Assembly: GCA_023145475.1 (NCBI GenBank)
Contig: JAGLDR010000027.1
Location: 1-51,221, forward strand
DNA length: 51,221 bases
Direction: 5' to 3'
Origin: a bacterium
GTDB lineage: Bacteria; UBP6; UBA1177; JAGLDR01
This document shows positions 29,977 through 38,227 of this stretch, piece after piece. A program made the translations under genes and the position numbers. Within the stretch, counting starts at the first letter, position 1; the number at the start of each line of letters is the position of its first letter. The notes below the pieces were generated by a model that was given only the letters and a program-made list of their open reading frames with translations, was not told where the DNA came from and searched no databases.

Positions 29977-31383
29977 TTATTGTGCAAAGACCACAACATT
30001 ATCAATATAAATACCCGATTGGTTAATCATATTGTCGGAATGGAATATAAAAGATATGGTCGTCTCCGTGCCAATGGTATCAGTCAAATCAACATAAATT
30101 TCCTTATATGCATCACTCGAATCTTCATTTAAATACTCGGCACTATTACTATCCCAATACATCGTTGCATTTGTATCTCCTCCGCCTGCATCAGAAAGTC
30201 GCACACCAAATATATCAGTTGGCCCGCCAGCGCCTCCGCAACCACCACTTGACTCACCTTGAATATCCCACCACGCATAAAAAATGACGCCAGCAGTTGA
30301 AAATGAAGATGGAATAGTAATGGTAAACATCGTCTCGGAAGTCGTATCATTATTATAATCATCGTCCAAGATTGTTGCTAAGACATTGCTTCCTTCGTAT
30401 GGGGAATTTGGTCCACTGGTTGGTGCACCACTTTCCCAATCACCACCGATAGCATCCCAAGAAAATGGTGACGCTCCTTCAAAATCATCCCAGAAAAGAA
30501 TAAAATAACAGCTTGATGGGGAAACATCATTATCACATACCCAGCCAGCTTCAAGAGCGCAAATTGAGGAACAACCATCATCATTATCATTGCCGCCATC
30601 ATCACACGCTTCACCTACATCTAACACACCATTACCACAAAGAGAGCCACTATCACCAGTGTCTGCAGTGTCGGCTGTGTCTGCGGTATCACCAGTGTCC
30701 GCGGTATCACCAGTGTCTGCGGTATCACCAGTGTCGGCAGTATCAGCTGTGTCTGCAGTATCAGCTGTATCGGCTGTATCGGCTGTATCTGCAGTATCGG
30801 CTGTGTCGGCTGTGTCGGCAGTATCGGCTGTGTCGGCTGTGTCGGCTGTATCTGCTGTATCTGCTGTGTCGGCAGTGTCGGCTGTGTCCGCTGTGTCTGC
30901 TGTGTCCGCTGTGTCTGCGGTATCCGCAGTATCGGCTGTGTCTGCAGTATCTGCAGTATCTGCAGTGTCCGCTGTGTCCGCTGTATCTGCAGTATCCGCT
31001 GTATCTGCAGTATCCGCTGTATCTGCTGTATCTGCTGTGTCCGCTGTGTCTGCAGTATCGGCCGTATCAGCGGTGTCAGCTGTATCTGCAGTATCGGCAG
31101 TATCTGCGGTATCCGCAGTGTCCGCTGTATCGGCTGTATCTGCTGTATCTGCTGTATCAGCTGTATCCGCTGTGTCAGCGGTGTCGGCCGTATCGGCTGT
31201 GTCTGCTGTGTCTGCTGTATCGGCTGTGTCTGCAGTATCGGCACTGTCAGAATCACTGCCCGAATCAGCTGTGTCAACACTATCGGCATCACTTCCTGTA
31301 TCACCAGCTGGTCGCCTTACGACATCATCACATGACGCAAACAAAAAAAGTGCCAAAAACAAAATAAAAATAAATCGACGCAT
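29977..31383 (-). CDS. Lipoprotein with (Asp-Thr-Ala)n stalk, Myxococcus Cys-rich repeat and C-terminal beta-sandwich domain
   Basis: Lipobox FASC; DTA tandem; CGNGVLDVGEACDDGGNDNDDGCSSIC; FWDDFE...WESGAP...GIYIDNV (cleaved-adhesin/MAM-like). Confidence 0.85.
   Translation of the reverse strand: MRRFIFILFLALFLFASCDDVVRRPAGDTGSDADSVDTADSGSDSDSADTADTADTADTADTADTADTADTADTADTADTADTADTADTADTADTADTADTADTADTADTADTADTADTADTADTADTADTADTADTADTADTADTADTADTADTADTADTADTADTADTADTADTADTADTADTADTADTADTADTADTADTADTADTADTADTADTGDTADTGDTADTGDTADTADTADTGDSGSLCGNGVLDVGEACDDGGNDNDDGCSSICALEAGWVCDNDVSPSSCYFILFWDDFEGASPFSWDAIGGDWESGAPTSGPNSPYEGSNVLATILDDDYNNDTTSETMFTITIPSSFSTAGVIFYAWWDIQGESSGGCGGAGGPTDIFGVRLSDAGGGDTNATMYWDSNSAEYLNEDSSDAYKEIYVDLTDTIGTETTISFIFHSDNMINQSGIYIDNVVVFAQ
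30655..31239 (-). repeat. Coding 9-bp tandem repeat, ~65 units (DTA, four DTG)
   Basis: 585 bp of GAY-ACN-GCN units with synonymous variation. Confidence 0.95.
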
Positions 31384-31456
31384 AATACTTCTCCCACATA
31401 GCAATTACTCTTACAGAAAGTATAGCACCATCGATATTTATTGCAACAGGAAACTA

Positions 31457-31775
31457 CTTCCGAAGCACGAGGATAGGTGCAGTTCGAGGCATTTTCATCC
31501 GAATAAACGAAGGAATATACTTATATTTCGAGTGAACAGAATGATAAAAACTTACCGAAGCACGAGGATAGGTGCAGTTCGAGGCGTTTTCATCCGAATA
31601 AACGAAGGAATATACCTATATTTCGAGTGAACAGAATGATAAAAACTTACCGAAGCACGAGGATAGGTGCAGTTCGAGGCGTTTTCATCCGAATAAACGA
31701 AGGAATATACTTATATTTCGAGTGCAATGAGAGAGGAAAACAACGAAGAAATGCCCTATCCTCGTGCTTCGGAGG
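31457..31775. mobile_element. MITE-like palindromic element with internal 95-bp tandem triplication
   Basis: Units start at 31460, 31555 and 31650 (ccgaagcacgaggataggtgcagttcgaggc...); inverted copy cctatcctcgtgcttcgg at 31755-31772. Confidence 0.75.
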
Positions 31776-33624
31776 CTTTTTTAGCTTTACCACTTGATAT
31801 ATGCCGCTTCTGAGCGGAAAGAACCCGCTTACGAAGACGAATCGAAAGTGGCGTAATCTCGACAAGCTCATCATCCCCAATAAAGTGGATTGCTCGCTCC
31901 AGACTCATTGATTTAATTGGACGCAAAGTAACAGCTTCATCTTTACTTGATGTTCTGATATTTGACAACTTCTTAACTTTACAAGGATTGACATTGATAT
32001 CGCGATCTTTTGCATGCTCTCCAACAATCATTCCTTCGTATACTTTCACTCCTGAAGTGATAAACATCTCACCTCGTGGCTCAAGATTGAAAAGAGCATA
32101 GGGAACTGAAACACCCGTTCTATCACCAACAATAGAGCCTGTATGCCTTACAGCAAACTCACCACGGTGTTCTTCATATCCATCAAAAATAGCATTCATA
32201 ATGCCTGTGCCCTTAGTATCAGTCAAAAACTCATCTCTGTAACCAATCAGTCCTCGTGATGGGATAGAAAATTCAATCCGCACTCGACCACTACCACTAT
32301 TTTTCATATTGAGCATTCGACCCTTTCTCATCGATAACTTTTCAGTTACAACACCCATAAAACTATCTTCACAGTCGATATAAACATGTTCTATTGGCTC
32401 TAAAGTCTTTCCATCAACCTTTTTGAAGATAACTTCTGGACGACCGACACAGAGTTCGAAACCCTCTCTCCGCATCTGCTCAATCAAAATAGCCATTTGA
32501 AATTCACCACGACCCTGCACAATCGTACTATCCGATTCGGCACCATCTAACAATTTAATAGAGACATTGTAGAGCGTCTCTTTGTGTAAGCGAGCTTTAA
32601 TCTTTGTAGATTGCACAAATTTCCCTTCGGTTCCTGCAAGGGGCGAAGTGTTGATGCTAAACATCATACTTACTGTTGGCGCATCGACAGTAATTCTTTT
32701 GAGCGCAACACCACCATCAGCTGTCGAGATGGTATCTCCAATCTCCACATCTTCAATTCCTGCTAAAAGAACGATATCGCCTGGGGCTGTCTCTTCTACA
32801 GGAAGCACAGAGAGTCCACTATACGACTGCAATTTTGAAACACGCAACGGACGATTCCCGCCGAGTTGCATACAGATAAGCTTATCATTTGATTTTGCGG
32901 TGCCACTTATCGCCTTACCAATCGCAATACGGCCCAAATAATCACTGTAGCTCAAATCACTCACCAACAACTGAAAAGGTGTGTTTTCATTGTAGAATGG
33001 TCCATGAACTTTTTCGACAAGGGTATCGAGAAGAGGTTTAAGGCTTACGCCCTTCTCTTCTAAAGTATATTGTGCTATTCCATCTCGTCCAATTGCATAT
33101 AAAAGAGGAAATTCCAACTGTTCCTCATCGGCATCTAAATCTATAAAGAGGTCATAAATCTCATCAAGAACCTCTGCAACTCGTGCATCTTGTCTATCGA
33201 TTTTATTTATAACAACAACCATATTCAATCCCGCTTCGAGCGCCTTGCTCAAAACAAAACGAGTTTGAGGAAGTGGGCCCTCTGACGCATCAACTAAAAG
33301 AACCGCACCATCAGCCATTGAAAGTGCTCGCTCAACTTCACCACCAAAATCAGCGTGACCAGGAGTATCAATAATATTAATCTTTACATCATCCCACATA
33401 ATAGAGCTATTCTTAGCTGCGATGGTAATTCCACGCTCTTTTTCAAGGTCCATGCTGTCCATCAGACGATCTTCAACATCAACACCTTCACGAAAAAGCC
33501 CTGACTGCTTAAACATTGCATCAACCAAAGTCGTTTTACCATGATCAACATGAGCAATGATAGCTATGTTACGAATATTTTTGTTTTCACTCTTTTGAGT
33601 CTGTCCTGAAGTGTGACGATCCAT
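31756..33624 (-). CDS. typA: Translational GTPase TypA/BipA
   Basis: IRNIAIIAHVDHGKTTLVD, ERGITI, DTPGHADFGGEVER, NKID, GRGE, DELVEITP. Confidence 0.97.
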   Translation of the reverse strand: MDRHTSGQTQKSENKNIRNIAIIAHVDHGKTTLVDAMFKQSGLFREGVDVEDRLMDSMDLEKERGITIAAKNSSIMWDDVKINIIDTPGHADFGGEVERALSMADGAVLLVDASEGPLPQTRFVLSKALEAGLNMVVVINKIDRQDARVAEVLDEIYDLFIDLDADEEQLEFPLLYAIGRDGIAQYTLEEKGVSLKPLLDTLVEKVHGPFYNENTPFQLLVSDLSYSDYLGRIAIGKAISGTAKSNDKLICMQLGGNRPLRVSKLQSYSGLSVLPVEETAPGDIVLLAGIEDVEIGDTISTADGGVALKRITVDAPTVSMMFSINTSPLAGTEGKFVQSTKIKARLHKETLYNVSIKLLDGAESDSTIVQGRGEFQMAILIEQMRREGFELCVGRPEVIFKKVDGKTLEPIEHVYIDCEDSFMGVVTEKLSMRKGRMLNMKNSGSGRVRIEFSIPSRGLIGYRDEFLTDTKGTGIMNAIFDGYEEHRGEFAVRHTGSIVGDRTGVSVPYALFNLEPRGEMFITSGVKVYEGMIVGEHAKDRDINVNPCKVKKLSNIRTSSKDEAVTLRPIKSMSLERAIHFIGDDELVEITPLSIRLRKRVLSAQKRHISSGKAKKASEARG

Positions 33625-33773
33625 AAGATTCCCTCCCAGAAAATTCAGCGTGAACTATAGCCATGAAGTGAATTAAAGCAAGGGAGTAGCAAAAAAATGT
33701 CAGAGCAAAGTAGTAATGTCCTATTTGAGCAATGTCGCAGTAAGCCCGTTCCGGTTGGAAGATTGCAACATCG

Positions 33774-34676
33774 TTATCCAATTAATGGACAGTCTTCAGG
33801 GAGAACAAGAGAGATGCTATTAGGTTGCATTGTATAAGAGATTGATTTATTCATTACTGGCTCACCATCAAGGTTTACTGGGATAATTTCACTTCCCTCC
33901 ATCGTAAGTTCTGTACATTGAAAACGATAAATAAATTGAGGTTCTTTTATTACACCACGAAACTCACGGATTACCGTATCTAAATCTTTGATGGTAAAAT
34001 CTCGAAGAAAGAGAACATCCATAAGACCATCGTTAATAAAAGCATGGGGAGCTAAAACCTGCCCGCCACCGGCCTGCCTTCCATTACAGATAGCTCCTAC
34101 AATAATTTCTCTCTCATAGACTTCATCACCAATCTTTATGGAACCTTTATAAGGTTTAAAAGAGGCTGCTTTGAGAATTCCCATTAAAGTATAGGCGCCC
34201 CCACCTAAAAAGTTCTTAAGCTCTACGGGAGTGGAGACTGTAACCTCAGCTCCAAAACCAATTGAGGCAACATTTATGAGAATGGTATTATTTACTTTAA
34301 TGGTATCAATCTCCTCCGCATCACCAGTAAGGGCTAAATTAAGTGCATCAAAAGAGTTGAGAGGAATGGTGCAGGCAGTAGCAAAATCATTGGCAGTGCC
34401 CATGGGTATTATAGCCATCTCTGGTCGCTTTTCTGAAGCAATTGTCAAGAAAGCATCAGCAAGTTCATTCACGGAACCATCACCACCAGCTATAGCAACT
34501 CGTGTTGCACCTTTAGAGACAGCTTCATGAAGAAACCGCTTAACATCTCCCGACTCATAGGTGACTCGAATAGATATATCAAAAGCATCATTCCGATACT
34601 GCATTATTGCATTGCGAAGTATTTGATCAGCAGACTTTTTGCCATTAATAATAAGAAAAAGAGATTTTTTTTTCAT
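33774..34676 (-). CDS. yegS: YegS/DAGK-family lipid kinase
   Basis: IINGK, AGGDGSVNE, PMGTANDFA, NGRQAGGG, NLDGEP. Confidence 0.85.
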   Translation of the reverse strand: MKKKSLFLIINGKKSADQILRNAIMQYRNDAFDISIRVTYESGDVKRFLHEAVSKGATRVAIAGGDGSVNELADAFLTIASEKRPEMAIIPMGTANDFATACTIPLNSFDALNLALTGDAEEIDTIKVNNTILINVASIGFGAEVTVSTPVELKNFLGGGAYTLMGILKAASFKPYKGSIKIGDEVYEREIIVGAICNGRQAGGGQVLAPHAFINDGLMDVLFLRDFTIKDLDTVIREFRGVIKEPQFIYRFQCTELTMEGSEIIPVNLDGEPVMNKSISYTMQPNSISLVLPEDCPLIG

Positions 34677-34906
34677 ACTGTTTCCTCACAAGCATAAATA
34701 CAATTGTATCGTCCCTCATTATTGAGATATTCCTGCAACGCAAGTAGGGAACTCGTCTTTCCTGTCTGACGAGGTGCGTGGAGGATAAAATACTTTCGCT
34801 GCTCTATCAGATTAAAAATCTCTTCATTGTCCCATCTTTGCAGTGGATCTATTTTATAGTGTGCTTCCTGATTTACAGAACCTGCGGTATTAAAAAACTT
34901 TTTCAT
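34673..34906 (-). pseudogene. N-terminal fragment of an AAA-like P-loop ATPase
   Basis: MKKFFNTAG...YFILHAPRQTGKTSSL (Walker A); stops at 77 aa with no Walker B. Confidence 0.75.
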
Positions 34907-35072
34907 CTTACTCCTCCATAACTCCTCATATAACTCTTTATATCATAAAACCTTTTGATTGTCACATATATCGGGGAATCGTAGGGGTGGCGACTTAGCG
35001 CGGACATAGTCCTCAGTCTTGCGGAAAAACGCGCACAGTATAGTAAAATCGCTTGGAGCGGAACGAAGTAGC

Positions 35073-35101
35073 AAAAAAAGCCTCCCCCGAAGGGAAGGCT
35101 T
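35073..35101 (-). terminator. Intrinsic terminator downstream of HU
   Basis: Minus strand AAGCCTTCCC-TTCG-GGGGAGGC followed by T7. Confidence 0.85.
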
Positions 35102-35130
35102 ACAAAAACAATCAAAAGAAAGTGTAGTAT

Positions 35131-35436
35131 CTACAGTTCACCCTTGAAAGAAGGAGCTGGTTTGAATCCAACAGTCTTAGAAGCTTTAATCTTCATATCT
35201 TCGCCTGTTTGAGGATTTTTGCCCATACGAGCCTTTCTCTTGTTTACTTTGAATGTTCCCATGCCATTCATTGTCAGTTTTTCTTGACCAACAATAGTCT
35301 CTTTCATAATTTTTGTGAAAACATCATACATTTGTTTCGCTTGATCATTGGTCAAAGCAACTTCGCTTTGCTCTTTAATCAATTTAACAAAATCACTCTT
35401 GGTTGCTGCTACGAGCAAGTTTTTCTTTTTAGCCAT
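35131..35436 (-). CDS. hup: HU family DNA-binding protein
   Basis: TKSDFV...GMGTFKVNKRKARMGKNPQTGE...FKPA; start MAKKK after AGGAG. Confidence 0.92.
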   Translation of the reverse strand: MAKKKNLLVAATKSDFVKLIKEQSEVALTNDQAKQMYDVFTKIMKETIVGQEKLTMNGMGTFKVNKRKARMGKNPQTGEDMKIKASKTVGFKPAPSFKGEL

Positions 35437-35476
35437 TTGACAACTCCTGAAAAAAGTTAGTAAAAAGAACAAAGAC

Positions 35477-35505
35477 ATTCTAGGGAATCTTTTTTGCTTT
35501 GTCAA
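35477..35505 (-). promoter_or_regulatory. Sigma70 promoter of HU
   Basis: Minus strand TTGACA-17 nt-TAGAAT, ~40 nt upstream of the start. Confidence 0.75.
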
Positions 35506-35896
35506 CACCATTTTAGAAAAAAAATGAAAATATTTTTTTCACAACACCCGATTACAGCTAGGATTAATGATAGGCGTACCGCACTTTATCGCTTAAAATA
35601 AACAATAAGCGAGCGCCACTCTCGCCACAGAACAATAAAGCACAGTAATTACAAGCAGTTATGAAGTACCCGCTTTTGGCCGATTTTGCATATATGTTTC
35701 AAAAATGATAAAGCAGTATTTTTTAGCTACACAGCGTCTTTCGATGCAAAAAAAATGCTTTTTTTCTGTATTAATGTCGTAAAACAACGAAAGAAAGCTG
35801 TTTTCATCACTGAATTAACAAAAAAAATGCGGGAAACTCACCAGGTATCAGACATTAAGACTTGTAAATAGTGAGTGGTGAGGCTCGTTCGTTTTC

Positions 35897-37279
35897 TCAG
35901 ACATAGAGATCTGTTGACCCATTCTCAATCGCTTTCAACATCTTTCTTGTCCGCTCTTGCACATCCTTACCTGGAATCTCTGAAATCATCTCTTCTATCA
36001 GTTTTTCACCGTCAGCTTGTGTTTTAGCACTGGCATAGTTAATCAAATACTCTTTAAATGTCGTAAGGGCATTGGGAAGACAGTAGTGTTTAATCAATCC
36101 TGGTTTTGCTAAATCCATAAAGTCAGCGCCTGTTCGTCCAAGGCGATAGCAACCGGTACAGAAACTGGGAATATGCTTCATCTCTATAATATCTTTAATA
36201 ACGGCATCCAAAGATCTGTGATCACCAAGACTAAACTGCTCGGCAGAATCACTCTCACTATACCCACCGGGATTTGTGCGGCTTCCTGCGCTGATTTGAC
36301 TAATCCCCAGGCGAAGTGCATCTCGTCTCATCTCTGCTGTTTCGCGGGTACTGAGAATCAGTCCAGTATAGGGAATGGTAATTCTTAAAATTGCCAAAAT
36401 CTTCTTAAATGTCTCATCATCAACTGGATGTGGCGGATTACAACTTACATCAGAATTTGTTGCTGGTTCAAGTCGCGGAACACTGATGGTATGCACCCCA
36501 AATCCAAAACGATCTTCAAGATGACGAATATGTTGCAGCAATGCCATAATTTCAAAACGGTAATCAGCAAGGCCAAATAGAATACCAACACCGACATCAT
36601 CAATTCCCGCTTCCATCGCTCTATCCATTGCGGTCAGATGGTAAAGATAGTCAGATTTTGGCCCACTAACATGCATCTTCTTATAAGTATCATAGTGATA
36701 AGTCTCTTGAAAAAGTTGGTAGGTTCCAATCTTCGCATCTTTCAACTTCTTGAAATCTTCAACTTCCATCGCAGCAACATTGACATTGACTCGGCGAATC
36801 TCACCCTTTCCAACCTTAACTGAATAGATGGTTTTCAACGATTCGATGGTATAATCAAGAGCATTTTTTCCCAAACCTTCGCCACTGACAAGAAGCACTC
36901 TCTTATGTCCTTGACTGACTAATGCCTCAACCTCTTTTTCAATCTCTTCTTGTGTCAGTGTTCGGCGGGGAATCATACTGTTTGACTTTTTAAATGCACA
37001 GTAGAGACACTCATTTCGACAAAAACTTGAAAGATAGAGTGGTGCAAACAAGACAAGACGACTGCCATAAATCTCTGTCTTAATATAATTTGCCACTTCA
37101 AACATCTTTTCAAGATGAGCGGGGTCTTCCACCATCAAAAGTCGTTCTGCCTCCTCAAAGGAGATTCCCTGCATTTCGCGGGCATGAGTCAGAATCTTTG
37201 CCAATTCTTCTGCATTAGGTGGTGTTGTCTCTTCTAAATAACGATAAATCTTTTCTTGATCAATAAATCCCGTATTCAT
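35897..37279 (-). CDS. hydG: [FeFe]-hydrogenase H-cluster radical SAM maturase HydG
   Basis: CRNECLYC, FQETY, and the C-terminal second-cluster motif PSFCTGCYR-x-CLPNA that distinguishes HydG from ThiH. Confidence 0.9.
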   Translation of the reverse strand: MNTGFIDQEKIYRYLEETTPPNAEELAKILTHAREMQGISFEEAERLLMVEDPAHLEKMFEVANYIKTEIYGSRLVLFAPLYLSSFCRNECLYCAFKKSNSMIPRRTLTQEEIEKEVEALVSQGHKRVLLVSGEGLGKNALDYTIESLKTIYSVKVGKGEIRRVNVNVAAMEVEDFKKLKDAKIGTYQLFQETYHYDTYKKMHVSGPKSDYLYHLTAMDRAMEAGIDDVGVGILFGLADYRFEIMALLQHIRHLEDRFGFGVHTISVPRLEPATNSDVSCNPPHPVDDETFKKILAILRITIPYTGLILSTRETAEMRRDALRLGISQISAGSRTNPGGYSESDSAEQFSLGDHRSLDAVIKDIIEMKHIPSFCTGCYRLGRTGADFMDLAKPGLIKHYCLPNALTTFKEYLINYASAKTQADGEKLIEEMISEIPGKDVQERTRKMLKAIENGSTDLYV

Positions 37280-37393
37280 AACATTCTCCCTGTTTTAAAT
37301 CGTACACATTTGTACAGGACACTCTAGTCCTCTTTAACCCCTTTGTAAAGAGTTTTTTTTGTTTATTTTCAAAAATAAGAAAAGCAAATTTAC

Positions 37394-38218
37394 TCACTCA
37401 ATATAAGCAAGAAATCGTCCTTGAACTTTCACCTTTATCGGCCCTTGATACATCTCTAATTGTACAATGAAATCACCAGTTCCAATCTCTCCATGCGTTA
37501 CTTTTGACGAGACATACCACGCCAGTTCGTAGACAGCTAAAGTTTTTGGGTTTTTCTCAAAAAAGTGCATTCGATAGCTGTATGGTGTCCCTGTAAACAT
37601 TGTTAAAGCAACATCTTTAAGCTTTGTGGCGCGTATAAAATCCTCAGTACCAGTATAAGATTTATGATTCCCAGATGATTGATACTCAACATCAATACGG
37701 TATTGAATTGTTGAAACATCGACTCCTGGAAATTTTTCTTCAAAATAGGCAGGATCAATTTCAAAGTCATAGAGGGTTATATCCCACGCAATCTCACCAA
37801 TTTGCCAGCAATAGTTATAGTAACAGTATCCTAAATCAGCTGGATCAACCGCTTCTGCACATACACCATGTGACGAACAAGAGAGAAAGGTCGCATCACT
37901 ATCAGGAAGTTCAAAACCGTCATCGGAATCGCCATCATCACCGTCTGGAATCGATGAATCATCATCATCAGAAGCATCGCCATCACCGTCTGGAATCGAT
38001 GAATCATCATCATCAGAAGTATCGCCATCACCGTCTGGAATTGATGAATCGTCATCATCGGAAGCGGCAACATCACCGTCTGGAATCAATAAATCACCGT
38101 CACTGTCTGGGCGCGATGAATCGTCGCCCCTACAATCATCATCGGTTATTGCAGGCGTTGTTTTTGAGGAGCAGGAAAAAACGAAAAAAATAGATAAGAT
38201 AAGAAAAAAATATCTCAT
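37394..38218 (-). CDS. Hypothetical lipoprotein with acidic repeats and small Cys-rich domain
   Basis: Lipobox VFSC; SDDDDSSIPDGDG repeats; CSSHGVC...GYCYYNYC. Confidence 0.7.
   Translation of the reverse strand: MRYFFLILSIFFVFSCSSKTTPAITDDDCRGDDSSRPDSDGDLLIPDGDVAASDDDDSSIPDGDGDTSDDDDSSIPDGDGDASDDDDSSIPDGDDGDSDDGFELPDSDATFLSCSSHGVCAEAVDPADLGYCYYNYCWQIGEIAWDITLYDFEIDPAYFEEKFPGVDVSTIQYRIDVEYQSSGNHKSYTGTEDFIRATKLKDVALTMFTGTPYSYRMHFFEKNPKTLAVYELAWYVSSKVTHGEIGTGDFIVQLEMYQGPIKVKVQGRFLAYIE
37931..38088 (-). repeat. Coding ~45-bp tandem repeat (SDDDDSSIPDGDGD), ~3.5 copies
   Basis: catcaccgtctggaat recurs four times at roughly 45-48 bp spacing. Confidence 0.85.
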
Positions 38219-38227
38219 GAAATCTAA

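Noticed and set aside
30513-31630. Long alternative ORFs, (SAV)n 346 aa and Cys/Leu/Arg-rich 284 aa
   Set aside because: Shadows of the stop-free DTA repeat; only the minus-strand frame has a lipobox and recognisable domains
31460-31724. Possible CRISPR array
   Set aside because: The whole 95-bp unit repeats with no unique spacers, and there are no cas genes
35520-35890. RNA gene in the long HU-hydG intergenic region
   Set aside because: No tRNA, SRP, tmRNA or riboswitch signature recognised; only weak inverted repeats
35897-37279. thiH
   Set aside because: The C-terminal CxxC-x22-C extension is typical of HydG; no thiG/thiS nearby
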